Of a DNA stretch of 37,076 nucleotides, positions 7,929 through 15,213 are shown piece by piece (the stretch's first letter is position 1; every line of letters starts with the position of its first letter). The position numbers and the translations under genes were made by a program. This stretch comes from Thermoanaerobaculia bacterium (GTDB lineage: Bacteria > Acidobacteriota > Thermoanaerobaculia > Multivoradales > JAGPDF01), in assembly GCA_043737505.1 (NCBI GenBank), contig JAYTAM010000202.1, positions 1-37,076 of the forward strand. The letters run 5' to 3'. A model generated the notes under the pieces. That model saw only the letters and a program-made list of their open reading frames with translations. It did not search any database and had not been told where the DNA came from.

Positions 7929-8060
7929 GTCCGTTTCTCCCCTCGGAAGCATACCCCGCCCGAAAGCGAAGTCGTACGGAGCCGTACTGTTTACTGCTGT
8001 ACTATTCTCGCCTGTATCGTTCCTCGCTGCACTGTTCTCAAGAGAACGTCCGCCAGAACA
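7929..8060 (-). promoter_or_regulatory. AT-richer intergenic region with inverted repeat GTTCTC-N2-GAGAAC and CTGT/CGTAC repeats; probable regulatory region
   Basis: One of the few non-coding gaps in the leftward array (132 bp). Inverted repeat at 8034-8047. CGTAC occurs twice (7973-7986) and CTGT four times (7987-8035). No convincing -35/-10 pair assigned. Confidence 0.3.
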
Positions 8061-8324
8061 TCAGCCCTCGGAATCGCCATCGCCCACCTCCGCGAACGCC
8101 AGCCGCGCGTCCGGTCGCCCGCTGGTCAGGTGCCACAGCCGACACGACCCGCACTGGTACGCCGCCCAACGCCGGCCGGCCGCATGCGCCTTCCGAGAGC
8201 GATGGTTTGCCCTTCTCGGCGGATGGTTCGCCATGGCGTTGAGCGCTCCTTCGGCGTCTTTCTGGGACAAGTAGGCCGTCTTGCCGCTTGGGAAATCGAG
8301 CGCGAGGCGGAGGTCCGCCTTCAC
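8061..8324 (-). CDS. small zinc-ribbon-like phage protein (87 aa)
   Basis: Track ORF with GTG start in a GTGA overlap. Pattern AYLSQKDAEGALNAM..RRWAAYQCGSCRLWHLTS resembles a small CxxC-WH(L)TS motif that I recall (from memory, unverified) from small phage proteins of unknown function. Confidence 0.6.
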   Translation of the reverse strand: MKADLRLALDFPSGKTAYLSQKDAEGALNAMANHPPRRANHRSRKAHAAGRRWAAYQCGSCRLWHLTSGRPDARLAFAEVGDGDSEG

Positions 8325-8929
8325 CGGTCTACCCTGCGAGCAGCGCGCGCGGCCTGCTGTTCCCCATCCTTAAATGGTTTCCCCAGGGCTTGACTATTCT
8401 CTGGCTTTGCGGTGTCTTTGTCGCCATCTTGCCACCCGCGCGAGGTCACGTAGGTTCCGACGCCTTCCGGGTGCAGGACGCACAGCGCGTCGTGGACGTC
8501 TGTCCAACCGCGCCCGCAAGAGCACATCGCGGCGGGCGACCCGGGCGGGAAGGCCCCCGCTTCGATCAGCCTCTCAGCGAACGCCTGACCTTCCGGGCCG
8601 CAGCCCGCGGCGATCCGCCGCAGGTCGCCCTCGAAGTCGAGAATCAGGGCCAAGGTCTCGGTCACGTAGCGGGCGCGCAGAGCCCGGATCTGTTCCGGGG
8701 AATACGCGCCCCGGTCGTTCACCGCGCGCAGGTACGGCTCGACGCAGCCGTACGCCCGGTCGAGCCACCAGAGGGGCGTTTCGAGGTCGGCGGAGATCTC
8801 GCTCATGACGGCGGCGACCGATACGGCGGCGTGGCTTCCGATGCCTTCCTCCGGGCGCGGGGTGTGGCGGTCGAGGATCTCCCGGTGGCGCGCGATCGTG
8901 GCGGGTTCTAGTCGTTGCGGGCTGGTCAT
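8321..8929 (-). CDS. hypothetical protein (202 aa)
   Basis: Track ORF 8321..9124 trimmed to ATG 8929 (TAATG overlap with the HNH stop). The part upstream of it is junk-like. Remainder is balanced (LWWLDRAYGCVEPYLRAVNDRGAYSPEQIRALRARYVTETLALILDFEGDL). Confidence 0.6.
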   Translation of the reverse strand: MTSPQRLEPATIARHREILDRHTPRPEEGIGSHAAVSVAAVMSEISADLETPLWWLDRAYGCVEPYLRAVNDRGAYSPEQIRALRARYVTETLALILDFEGDLRRIAAGCGPEGQAFAERLIEAGAFPPGSPAAMCSCGRGWTDVHDALCVLHPEGVGTYVTSRGWQDGDKDTAKPENSQALGKPFKDGEQQAARAARRVDR

Positions 8930-9306
8930 TACGTTCTCCGGTACCGCTGGCAACTGAGCAGTCGCAGCGCCTTCGGGCTCGCCGTGTCCAGGCGGACCGA
9001 CTTGAGCACCTTGGACAAAGCCGAGCGTCGGTTTTCCGGCCAACATGGCGTTCCGGTCGCGGTGAGCACCAGCCGAAGAAGTTCCTTCTCTTCGCGGTTG
9101 AAGTCTCCCGCCAGTTGGTTGCATACAGAGTGCGCATAGACGATGTTTCGGGGGTCATTTACCGGTCCGCCAAGAGCTTTTGCGACCAGGTGCTCTTCGG
9201 TCCGCCCGAGCTGTCCGTTCGCCTGGAAACCTACGCTGCAATACCAGCAAGATCCCGAGGTGTCGCCCTTCGACCGGCGCTTTCTTGTGCGTTCCGCGCC
9301 ACTCAT
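8929..9306 (-). CDS. HNH endonuclease (125 aa)
   Basis: CWYC..EEHLVAKALGGPVNDPRNIVYAHSVCN gives a CxxC plus H-N-H/CN zinc-finger nuclease signature. Start set at ATG 9306 (ATGA overlap). Confidence 0.75.
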   Translation of the reverse strand: MSGAERTRKRRSKGDTSGSCWYCSVGFQANGQLGRTEEHLVAKALGGPVNDPRNIVYAHSVCNQLAGDFNREEKELLRLVLTATGTPCWPENRRSALSKVLKSVRLDTASPKALRLLSCQRYRRT

Positions 9307-9593
9307 GCCGCTTCTCCCAACCACACCCTGAACCGCTCCCGGAGCGCGTCCACCTCTTCCTGCCCGGCCGGCGTGAGCCGGTAGAAGATCTTCGGACGGC
9401 CGCGCTTGCCCGGCTCAGTCTCGCCCGGGCGCGGGGCCGCGAACCCCGCACGTTCGAGGTCGCGGAGCGCCGGGTAGACCGTCCCGGGTCCGATGTCGTA
9501 TTCGCCCATGAGCGCGACGCCGCAGCTTTCGCCGTGCGCCAAGGCGGCCAGGATCGCCAGCTTTGGGTCGAACTTCGCCAGGCCGATGCTCAT
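9303..9593 (-). CDS. PadR-family winged-helix transcriptional regulator (96 aa)
   Basis: ILAALAHGESCGVALMGEYDIGPGTVYPALRDLERAGF..GRPKIFYRLTPAGQEE matches the PadR recognition helix/wing pattern. Confidence 0.7.
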   Translation of the reverse strand: MSIGLAKFDPKLAILAALAHGESCGVALMGEYDIGPGTVYPALRDLERAGFAAPRPGETEPGKRGRPKIFYRLTPAGQEEVDALRERFRVWLGEAA

Positions 9594-10954
9594 GCCTCAG
9601 CTCCCGCGCCCATGCCGCTGTAGTCGGCGGCCGGCAGGTAGAACGTCGTGGTCGACCGGTCGAAGACCAGGTCGAACCCGTCGTCGGCGAGACCCGGCGG
9701 CCTGTTCGGCCGGCCGGTATCGCCGTCGCGGTTCTTCGCCACGCGAAACTGCGAACCGCTCGGCATCCCAGCCACGTCCTTGGACTGGTCGCGGTGGACA
9801 AACGCGAGCATGTCCAAGTCTTGCTCGATCGCGCCGGAGGCTTCCAGGTCCGACGGCTGCGGGATCGCATCCGCGCCGCGCTTTTCGATGTCCCGATTGA
9901 GCTGTATCAGCAGCACGATCGTGATGCCCAGCTCCTTGGCGAGCGCGACCAGCGCCCGGGTGATTCCGGCGATTTCCTCGGTGCGGGTGCGGCCCTGGTC
10001 ACACAGGATGTGGCGGAGGTGGTCGATGTAGAGCACCCGGCACTTCCCTTCGGCGACCAGCGCGCGGGCCAGCTCGCAGATTTTTTGGATCGTGAGCTGC
10101 GGGCGCTCGGAAATGTAGAGCGGCAGGTGCGCCGACTGCGTCGCGAACTGGCGCATCGAGAACCGCTCCACCGCGTCCACCTGTCCCCGCAAGAACTTCC
10201 GGGAGCGCACTCCCGAGCCGGATGACAGCGCGCGCACGACGACGCCGCGGAGGCTCATTTCCAGCGAGATCACGGCGACCGCGATGCCCGCCTCGGCTTG
10301 GTTCAGCGCGAAGTTCATACCGAGCGACGTTTTCCCCGATCCGGGGCGGCCGGCGAGTCCCCAGAACTTGCCGGGGAGCATGCCGTTGGTCAGGTCGTCG
10401 ATCGTCGAGAAGCCGGTGGTGACGCCCGGTGTGTGTCCGTGCGGGGTGGCTTCGAGCTCGTCGACCAGCGCCATGACCTCCGGGCCGAAGGGCTTGAAGT
10501 CGCCCGTGCCGGCTGATGCGCCGGATTGCAGCTTGGCGTAGGCGGTCTGGAGCGCTGCGAGCAGCGCGCCTTGGTCCTTAGCGCCGTCGAGCGCGGCACG
10601 GCTCATGCGGGCGGTGACGTCGAGCAGGTCGCGGCGGAAGGCCCGGTCTTCGAGGACTTTGACGTAGGCGCCGATCGAACCGAGGTCAGGAAGATCCACG
10701 TCCAGGTTCGCCAAATAGGAGATTCCCCCGGCGCGAGCGAACAAGTCGTGCTGTTCGAGGTATGCCTGCATCGTGCGCAGGTCCACGGGCTCGCCGTCCT
10801 CGCGAAGCTGCGCCATGGCCGCGTAGAGAATTCGGTGCCGCTCGCCGTAGAACAGCTTGGGGTCCAGCGGGAACTCGTCGAGCAGATCATTCGCGAGACT
10901 GAAGCAAGCCAGGACCGCGCGCTCGTTTTCCTCGCTATGCGGTAGCGCCTGCAT
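9590..10954 (-). CDS. dnaB: replicative DNA helicase DnaB
   Basis: N-terminal PHSEENERAVLAC motif, Walker A GRPGSGKTS, Walker B VLYIDHL and a RecA-like C-terminal domain. Start set at ATG 10954 (GAGGGA RBS). GTG 11074 (GTGA overlap with the loader stop) or the track start at 11083 would add a Pro-rich extension with visibly lower third-position GC. Confidence 0.85.
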   Translation of the reverse strand: MQALPHSEENERAVLACFSLANDLLDEFPLDPKLFYGERHRILYAAMAQLREDGEPVDLRTMQAYLEQHDLFARAGGISYLANLDVDLPDLGSIGAYVKVLEDRAFRRDLLDVTARMSRAALDGAKDQGALLAALQTAYAKLQSGASAGTGDFKPFGPEVMALVDELEATPHGHTPGVTTGFSTIDDLTNGMLPGKFWGLAGRPGSGKTSLGMNFALNQAEAGIAVAVISLEMSLRGVVVRALSSGSGVRSRKFLRGQVDAVERFSMRQFATQSAHLPLYISERPQLTIQKICELARALVAEGKCRVLYIDHLRHILCDQGRTRTEEIAGITRALVALAKELGITIVLLIQLNRDIEKRGADAIPQPSDLEASGAIEQDLDMLAFVHRDQSKDVAGMPSGSQFRVAKNRDGDTGRPNRPPGLADDGFDLVFDRSTTTFYLPAADYSGMGAGAEA

Positions 10955-11070
10955 CGTCCCTCGGTCGCGAGAGAATCCCGCTCCGCCGGTCGCTGGCGGT
11001 GAATTCTGCGCGACGGTTTCCGGATCAAACCCAGGGTCACCGGGGTCTGGCGCGATCGGAGGCGAGCTGA

Positions 11071-11757
11071 TCACGGCTTCCACTCCCCCGCCATCTCGAC
11101 CCAGTAGCCCTCGGACAAGCGCCGGAACAGGCCGGAGTCGATCTGGTCGATTCCCCCGGGTCCCGCGAACGGCAGGTTTGTGGTGACCACCGTCGGCCGC
11201 TGGTAGTCGAAACGGCAGGCCAGAATCTCGAACAGGCGCAGCGCGCCGCCGGAGCTTTGCTCGCGGCCGATGTCGTCGAAGAGCGCCACTCGCGCTTCAA
11301 CCGCCCGCTTGTGCCAGGCCCAGCGGTCGGGTCCTTCGAGCGCCGCGCAGAGGTGCGAGGCGCGAACCCACAGGCATCCGTCCGACCGCATCCCGGCGAT
11401 GGCTGCGCGGTAGAACAGCTCGGTGCCGAGCGTCGTCTTCCCGGCTCCGGCTTCACCCGTCAGGACGACCGACCAGGGCTTGCCCTTCCAGTCCGCCAGG
11501 ACGCCGCGGCGGAGAAGCTCGACAGGCCAGGCCGAAGGCTCCGCGAACTTTCCCCGACGGTACGCGGGGGGCACCTGCGATTCCTCGGCAATCTGGCCCC
11601 GGCTCGGGGTGAGACGGCGGATCTCGTCGCAGTCGTAGCAGATCCCGCCGAGCGAGAGCCGGCCGGACTCCCCGGTGTCCTGCGTCTTCTCGCACTTCGG
11701 GCAGACCCAGAGGTCGGCCGGGTCTACCGCGGGTGCTACAGCTTCACGATCTGGCAC
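11071..11757 (-). CDS. DnaC/IstB-like AAA+ helicase loader with N-terminal zinc ribbon
   Basis: Walker A GEAGAGKTT, Walker B ALFDDIGRE, TVVTTNL. N-terminal CPKC..CYDC. GTG 11757 with AGGAGGA 6 nt upstream. Sits directly 5' of dnaB. Confidence 0.75.
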   Translation of the reverse strand: MPDREAVAPAVDPADLWVCPKCEKTQDTGESGRLSLGGICYDCDEIRRLTPSRGQIAEESQVPPAYRRGKFAEPSAWPVELLRRGVLADWKGKPWSVVLTGEAGAGKTTLGTELFYRAAIAGMRSDGCLWVRASHLCAALEGPDRWAWHKRAVEARVALFDDIGREQSSGGALRLFEILACRFDYQRPTVVTTNLPFAGPGGIDQIDSGLFRRLSEGYWVEMAGEWKP

Positions 11758-12868
11758 GTGCTTCCTCCTGTCGGCGCCGCTCTTCCGCGGCGATCTCTTG
11801 AAATCTTGCCGCCTTGTCCACGAGCGCCTGGCTCCTGCCCATGGCGCCGCGCTCGGCGAGGCGGATCGCGTCGGTCTTGCCGTACTTCCCCGGGGAGCCG
11901 TTGGTGGAGCCGTTGCCGTTGCCCCCCGGCCCGCCCTTCCCGTGCTTGTCCGCGAGCCAGGACTTGAGGTGCTCCCGGACTCCGGAGCCCTTGCCTTTCG
12001 GGTAGGTCTTCCGCCGGCTCGGATTGTCGACGTTCCACGCCCGACAACGGGCGATCTCCAGCCGGACTCCGGCCTCGCCCCCTTCGCCTACTCCCGGGAA
12101 CAGTCGGGCCATTTCGGCGACGTCCGAGGCGCGGATCCCGTACTCGAAGCTCCCGTCGGCCACCGTGCGCCACGGGCCGTGTGGTGCGTTCCGGGGTGGC
12201 TCGCCTCCCGCCAGCGGAAACCAGAACTCCACCGGGTCGCTCGGGCTGGTCGCTTCCGGGGTCAGTTCGAAAAGCTCCCCAGGGCCAGACTTCGGCCGGG
12301 CGGCGGAGCCCGAGGCACTCGGGTCCGGCGCGAGGAGGAGTACTTCTTCTACTTTTTTGGGTAGAACAGACGGAGGAGAGGTTGGTGGCCTGCTTTCAAC
12401 TGCTTCTCTTGCTTCTCCTTCTTCCCTTTCTTCTTCTTTGGGCCCTTGCCCGGCCCTTGCCCGGCCCTTGCCCGGCCCTTCTGTAAATTCTACCCGGCCC
12501 TTGCCCGGCCCTTCGCCCTGGTAAGTCTCATAGTTTACAACCATATAGACTTGCCCAGACCGAGTCTCTTGCCCGGCCCTTAGCTGGCCCTTCTTCGTCA
12601 GCACCTCGACCAGGCACCGAACCTGTTTTTCGGTCCACTTCCATCGTTGCGCCAAGAACCTCCGGGACGCGAGGAACTGCCCGCGGGCCAGCTCGATACG
12701 GTCGTTGCCCACGAATGCGAAGTGAGGCTTCCAGGCGGCCATCTGAATCATGTCGATCCAGGCTTCCGCCCGCGAGCGCTCCCGGTCCTGATTCCAAAAA
12801 GGGTCATCCTCGAAGAACTTTCGATGGAGCTTGATGTACCCTTGGACGGGCAGATCTCCCGCCGCCAT
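11744..12868 (-). CDS. phage replication initiator / replisome-organizer-like protein (374 aa)
   Basis: Track ORF trimmed to ATG 12868 (TGATG overlap). The N-terminal winged-helix-like block (GYIKLHRKFFEDDPFW..AWIDMIQMAAW..IELARGQFLASRRFLAQRWKWTEKQVRCLVEVL) is typical of phage initiators. A low-complexity linker carries GPGKGR repeats. Sits immediately 5' of the loader and helicase. Confidence 0.6.
   Translation of the reverse strand: MAAGDLPVQGYIKLHRKFFEDDPFWNQDRERSRAEAWIDMIQMAAWKPHFAFVGNDRIELARGQFLASRRFLAQRWKWTEKQVRCLVEVLTKKGQLRAGQETRSGQVYMVVNYETYQGEGPGKGRVEFTEGPGKGRARAGQGPKEEEREEGEAREAVESRPPTSPPSVLPKKVEEVLLLAPDPSASGSAARPKSGPGELFELTPEATSPSDPVEFWFPLAGGEPPRNAPHGPWRTVADGSFEYGIRASDVAEMARLFPGVGEGGEAGVRLEIARCRAWNVDNPSRRKTYPKGKGSGVREHLKSWLADKHGKGGPGGNGNGSTNGSPGKYGKTDAIRLAERGAMGRSQALVDKAARFQEIAAEERRRQEEARARS
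12441..12592. repeat. iteron-like array: 8 copies of GGCCCTT (11-mer GGCCCTTGCCC) in two clusters flanking an AT-rich segment
   Basis: Copies start at 12441, 12452, 12463, 12474, 12496, 12507, 12575 and 12586 (+ strand). Spacing within clusters is 11 or 22 bp. AT-rich core at 12514-12550. Polypyrimidine tract at 12399-12439. Confidence 0.6.
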
Positions 12869-13521
12869 CAGGAAACCGCCCCGCCCAAGAACTCGACTAC
12901 GGCGGCCCGCTCGCCCGGATCGAGCCCGAACCATTCCCCGCGTACCCGCCGATGCGCGTACCTGTAGTGAAGCTGCCGCTCTACCCGAAGCCGATCCTTA
13001 AAGTGGCGCGCGGCGAACAGGACCACGGGTGCCCCTTCCTCGCGACCGACTTGCGACAGGCGCCGCCCCACCTCTACGGCGTGGCCGATCTTGCATAGCC
13101 CTCCGGAGCCCGAGAACAGGTAGACGAACCCAGGCGCCTTCCACGAAGAACCTGAAACCTTCGGCGCCCGGCCGGCATGGTCCCTGATCTCCCATGCGCC
13201 CGGGTTAAATCGGGATCGGACGACCCACCGGCTGCGCTCAAGAGCCGAGAACAGCGCGCCTTCCTCGCCCTGCCACTCGGCGAGAAGTTCAACGTCGGCG
13301 ACACTCCCGAGCTCCGGGGTGCCGGAGTCGACGGCCCATTCCCAGAGCGTCAGCAGGTACCCGAGCGCATGCGCCGAAGACGGCAAGGCAAGTTCGTGAA
13401 CGAGCTGCTTGAATTGGATGGACTTCCGGACCCCGCCTGAATCCATGCGCCGCTCTGGGGAGACCGGTACTTTCTGAATATTGAGAACGGGAAAAGTCGC
13501 TGCGGAGCCCTGCTCTTGCAT
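12868..13521 (-). CDS. T5orf172/MUG113 (GIY-YIG-superfamily) domain protein (217 aa)
   Basis: C-terminal GFVYLFSGSGGLCKIGHAVEVGRRLSQV..ERQLHYRYAHRRVRGEWFGL matches the T5orf172 pattern. ATG 13521 with GGGGAGG RBS. Visibly lower GC than its neighbours. Confidence 0.6.
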   Translation of the reverse strand: MQEQGSAATFPVLNIQKVPVSPERRMDSGGVRKSIQFKQLVHELALPSSAHALGYLLTLWEWAVDSGTPELGSVADVELLAEWQGEEGALFSALERSRWVVRSRFNPGAWEIRDHAGRAPKVSGSSWKAPGFVYLFSGSGGLCKIGHAVEVGRRLSQVGREEGAPVVLFAARHFKDRLRVERQLHYRYAHRRVRGEWFGLDPGERAAVVEFLGGAVS

Positions 13522-13678
13522 CTCTGCCTCCCCTAAGAGGTAAAAAACCGCCGGGCTCGCCGAGAGTTAGGGCTCCCAGCTAACCGCGCGTTTGCGGGTA
13601 CGGTCGGCCAACCGCGCCCGGCGTCGAGAATCCTATATCCAAACCGCCACAACCGCAAAGCCCTGCCCACACCTCCGC

Positions 13679-13912
13679 TCACCCGCCACCGCCCGCCGGA
13701 ATAACCTCCCCAACCGTCACCACCTTGACCGGCACCCCTTCGAATTCATCGGGAATGTCGATCAGCGCCGACAGGTTCGCCGAGATACGCGCGGAAATGT
13801 CGGCTGGCACGGGAGCCGAAACGTAGACGATCAGGCATTCCATGCCAATCGCGACCGAGACGAACGGGACGTTCCGGGAAAGCAGGAGCTGGCGGAGGCG
13901 CGCGCTCCTCAT
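13679..13912 (-). CDS. hypothetical protein (77 aa)
   Basis: Track ORF 13679..14029 trimmed to ATG 13912 (ATGA overlap). Sequence MRSARLRQLLLSRNVPFVSVAIGMECLIVYVSAPVPADISARISANLSALIDIPDEFEGVPVKVVTVGEV. Confidence 0.55.
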   Translation of the reverse strand: MRSARLRQLLLSRNVPFVSVAIGMECLIVYVSAPVPADISARISANLSALIDIPDEFEGVPVKVVTVGEVIPAGGGG

Positions 13913-14481
13913 GCCAAGCCCCGACTCTCGACAACCCGGAACTCGATCCGCCAAACCAACGGATTGGAGGCGGCCGGCGCCTTCGGGTTTAGGCGATCCC
14001 AGGCCCCCAGATAGACATCGCGCGCCCAAGCCTGACCGCCCGCACCGATGTCGTCTACCTCGCGGCAGCCCTCAAGCTCGGCTTCGTGCTCGGTGATCGC
14101 TTGCAGGCGCTCCGCCCGCGACGAGGCGACTTCGAGCTCGATCCGGGAGGCCCAGCGCGGGCAGAACATCGGCGACTGGCGCGGCCGATCGAGCGTCCAG
14201 TTGAGTGGCCAAAGAGCCTTGCCGCAGTAATTGTGGGACTGCGGGAGCATCTCCTGGCGCCACGGCACGCCGGTCATAGTGGCGGAATATTTGATCCCGG
14301 GGCGATAGCCAGGGGCCGAGGAACCTTGTTCGAGCGCCTCCTTTACCCATAGGCGGAGCCCGGCAGGCCACGGAAAAACAGCCCATTCCGGTTCTTTGAT
14401 GAGCCGGCGCGTCACCGTCTTGCGCCCCGCGAGGATCGCCCGGACGCTTTCGCCGGAGAAGATGATCGGGCGTTCGCTCAT
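13909..14481 (-). CDS. ASCH-like (PUA-fold) phage protein (190 aa)
   Basis: PIIFSGESVRAILAGRKTVTRR..LWVKE..MFCPRWASRIELEV..ERLQAITEHEAELEGC matches a common prophage family usually annotated as ASCH-domain protein. Confidence 0.5.
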   Translation of the reverse strand: MSERPIIFSGESVRAILAGRKTVTRRLIKEPEWAVFPWPAGLRLWVKEALEQGSSAPGYRPGIKYSATMTGVPWRQEMLPQSHNYCGKALWPLNWTLDRPRQSPMFCPRWASRIELEVASSRAERLQAITEHEAELEGCREVDDIGAGGQAWARDVYLGAWDRLNPKAPAASNPLVWRIEFRVVESRGLA

Positions 14482-14702
14482 GCCGTCTCACGGCTTTCCG
14501 CGCTCGCCAGCGCCGCCCGCAGCACCTCAGCCGGAACGAACAGGCTCAGAGACCGCGGGGCTTTGCCCTGAATCGCCCGTGCGTCCGGGTCGGGGATCGT
14601 GACGACGGCGCCCGCGATCGAAGGGTCGGCGGCGACGTTACCGCCGGGGCTTGACGCCCAGAACGAGGTGCCGCGGGCAATGGTCCGGAAGGGCGCGCTC
14701 AT
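14478..14702 (-). CDS. hypothetical protein (74 aa)
   Basis: Track ORF trimmed to ATG 14702 (ATGA overlap). 4-nt overlap downstream. Confidence 0.5.
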   Translation of the reverse strand: MSAPFRTIARGTSFWASSPGGNVAADPSIAGAVVTIPDPDARAIQGKAPRSLSLFVPAEVLRAALASAESRETA

Positions 14703-15010
14703 GCTGCCGCTCCCGGCGCCGTAACTCGGGCGCAGCACCGGTCGCACGACCATTGACCTGAGCCAGCGCCGTCAATGGTCTCCCATTCAAAGACCTCCCG
14801 GTGCCCAGTTCGAGCGCACCGCCGCTGCATCAGGCGCATGAACCAGGGCCAGTGCCGCGACCAAAAGCAGGAATCGCAGGTCTCGCAAAAGATGAACCCG
14901 AGATTGCCCACCCAAACGTCCGGGTCGTCGTACCATCCGACGTCGTGACCGCGGAGAATGTGGCCGAGGGCTTGAAGGCGCGCCGCGGCGGCGTTCCAGA
15001 GCCATTTCAC
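14699..15010 (-). CDS. hypothetical Cys/Trp-rich protein (103 aa)
   Basis: Track ORF with GTG start in a GTGA overlap. Sequence FCETCDSCFWSRHWPWFMRLMQRRCARTGH..WSCDRCCARV suggests metal binding. Confidence 0.6.
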   Translation of the reverse strand: MKWLWNAAAARLQALGHILRGHDVGWYDDPDVWVGNLGFIFCETCDSCFWSRHWPWFMRLMQRRCARTGHREVFEWETIDGAGSGQWSCDRCCARVTAPGAAA

Positions 15011-15213
15011 GCGGCAGCCCCGCTCTGCGGATCGCCGCCGACGTCGACCGGACCGAGAATCGCATCCGCCGCCTTCAGGCCGTGGTACAGCAGGAACGCC
15101 GCTACCGAGCGCCGATCCTTGAAAGCCGCAGCCTTCAGACGCTCGCGCTCCATCTCGGGGCTAAGCACTTCCACGCCGCGAATTCGCGGCCCTACTCGCC
15201 GTGGCCTGCCCAT
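15007..15213 (-). CDS. ribbon-helix-helix (CopG/Arc-like) DNA-binding protein (68 aa)
   Basis: Internal ATG 15213 of track ORF 15007..15516, preceded by a strong AAGGAGGAG RBS and its own promoter. Sequence IRGVEVLSPEMERERLKAAAFKDRRSVAAFLLYHGLKAA fits a beta-strand plus two helices. Confidence 0.55.
   Translation of the reverse strand: MGRPRRVGPRIRGVEVLSPEMERERLKAAAFKDRRSVAAFLLYHGLKAADAILGPVDVGGDPQSGAAA

Noticed and set aside
7985-8047. Possible LexA/SOS box (CTGT..., GTTC/GAAC elements)
   Set aside because: No CTGT-N8-ACAG, GAAC-N4-GTTC or GTTC-N7-GTTC arrangement is present. GTTCTC-N2-GAGAAC has the opposite half-site orientation and spacing to the LexA consensus motifs I know.
7197-8393. 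398-aa + strand ORF 7197..8393
   Set aside because: It is antisense to the Trp-rich protein gene and to the 87-aa gene. Its composition is Arg/Pro/Leu-rich shadow.
10955-11083. A 43-codon N-terminal extension of DnaB from track start 11083 (or GTG 11074)
   Set aside because: The extension is Pro/Gly-rich and has lower third-position GC by hand count. The ATG at 10954 gives a canonical DnaB N-terminus with an RBS. GTG 11074 is kept as an alternative because it would form a GTGA overlap with the loader stop.
12441-12513. The 11-bp tandem repeats considered as a CRISPR array or simple satellite
   Set aside because: The period is 11 bp with no spacers, far too short for CRISPR. The repeats lie inside an intact ORF. 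An iteron interpretation is preferred (see findings).
13535-13580. A6/T6 tract (13542-13547) considered as the U-tract of a minus-strand intrinsic terminator
   Set aside because: I could not find a convincing GC stem immediately upstream of the T-run on the minus strand. There are only direct GAGCCC repeats and a 5-bp pairing with a 20-nt loop.
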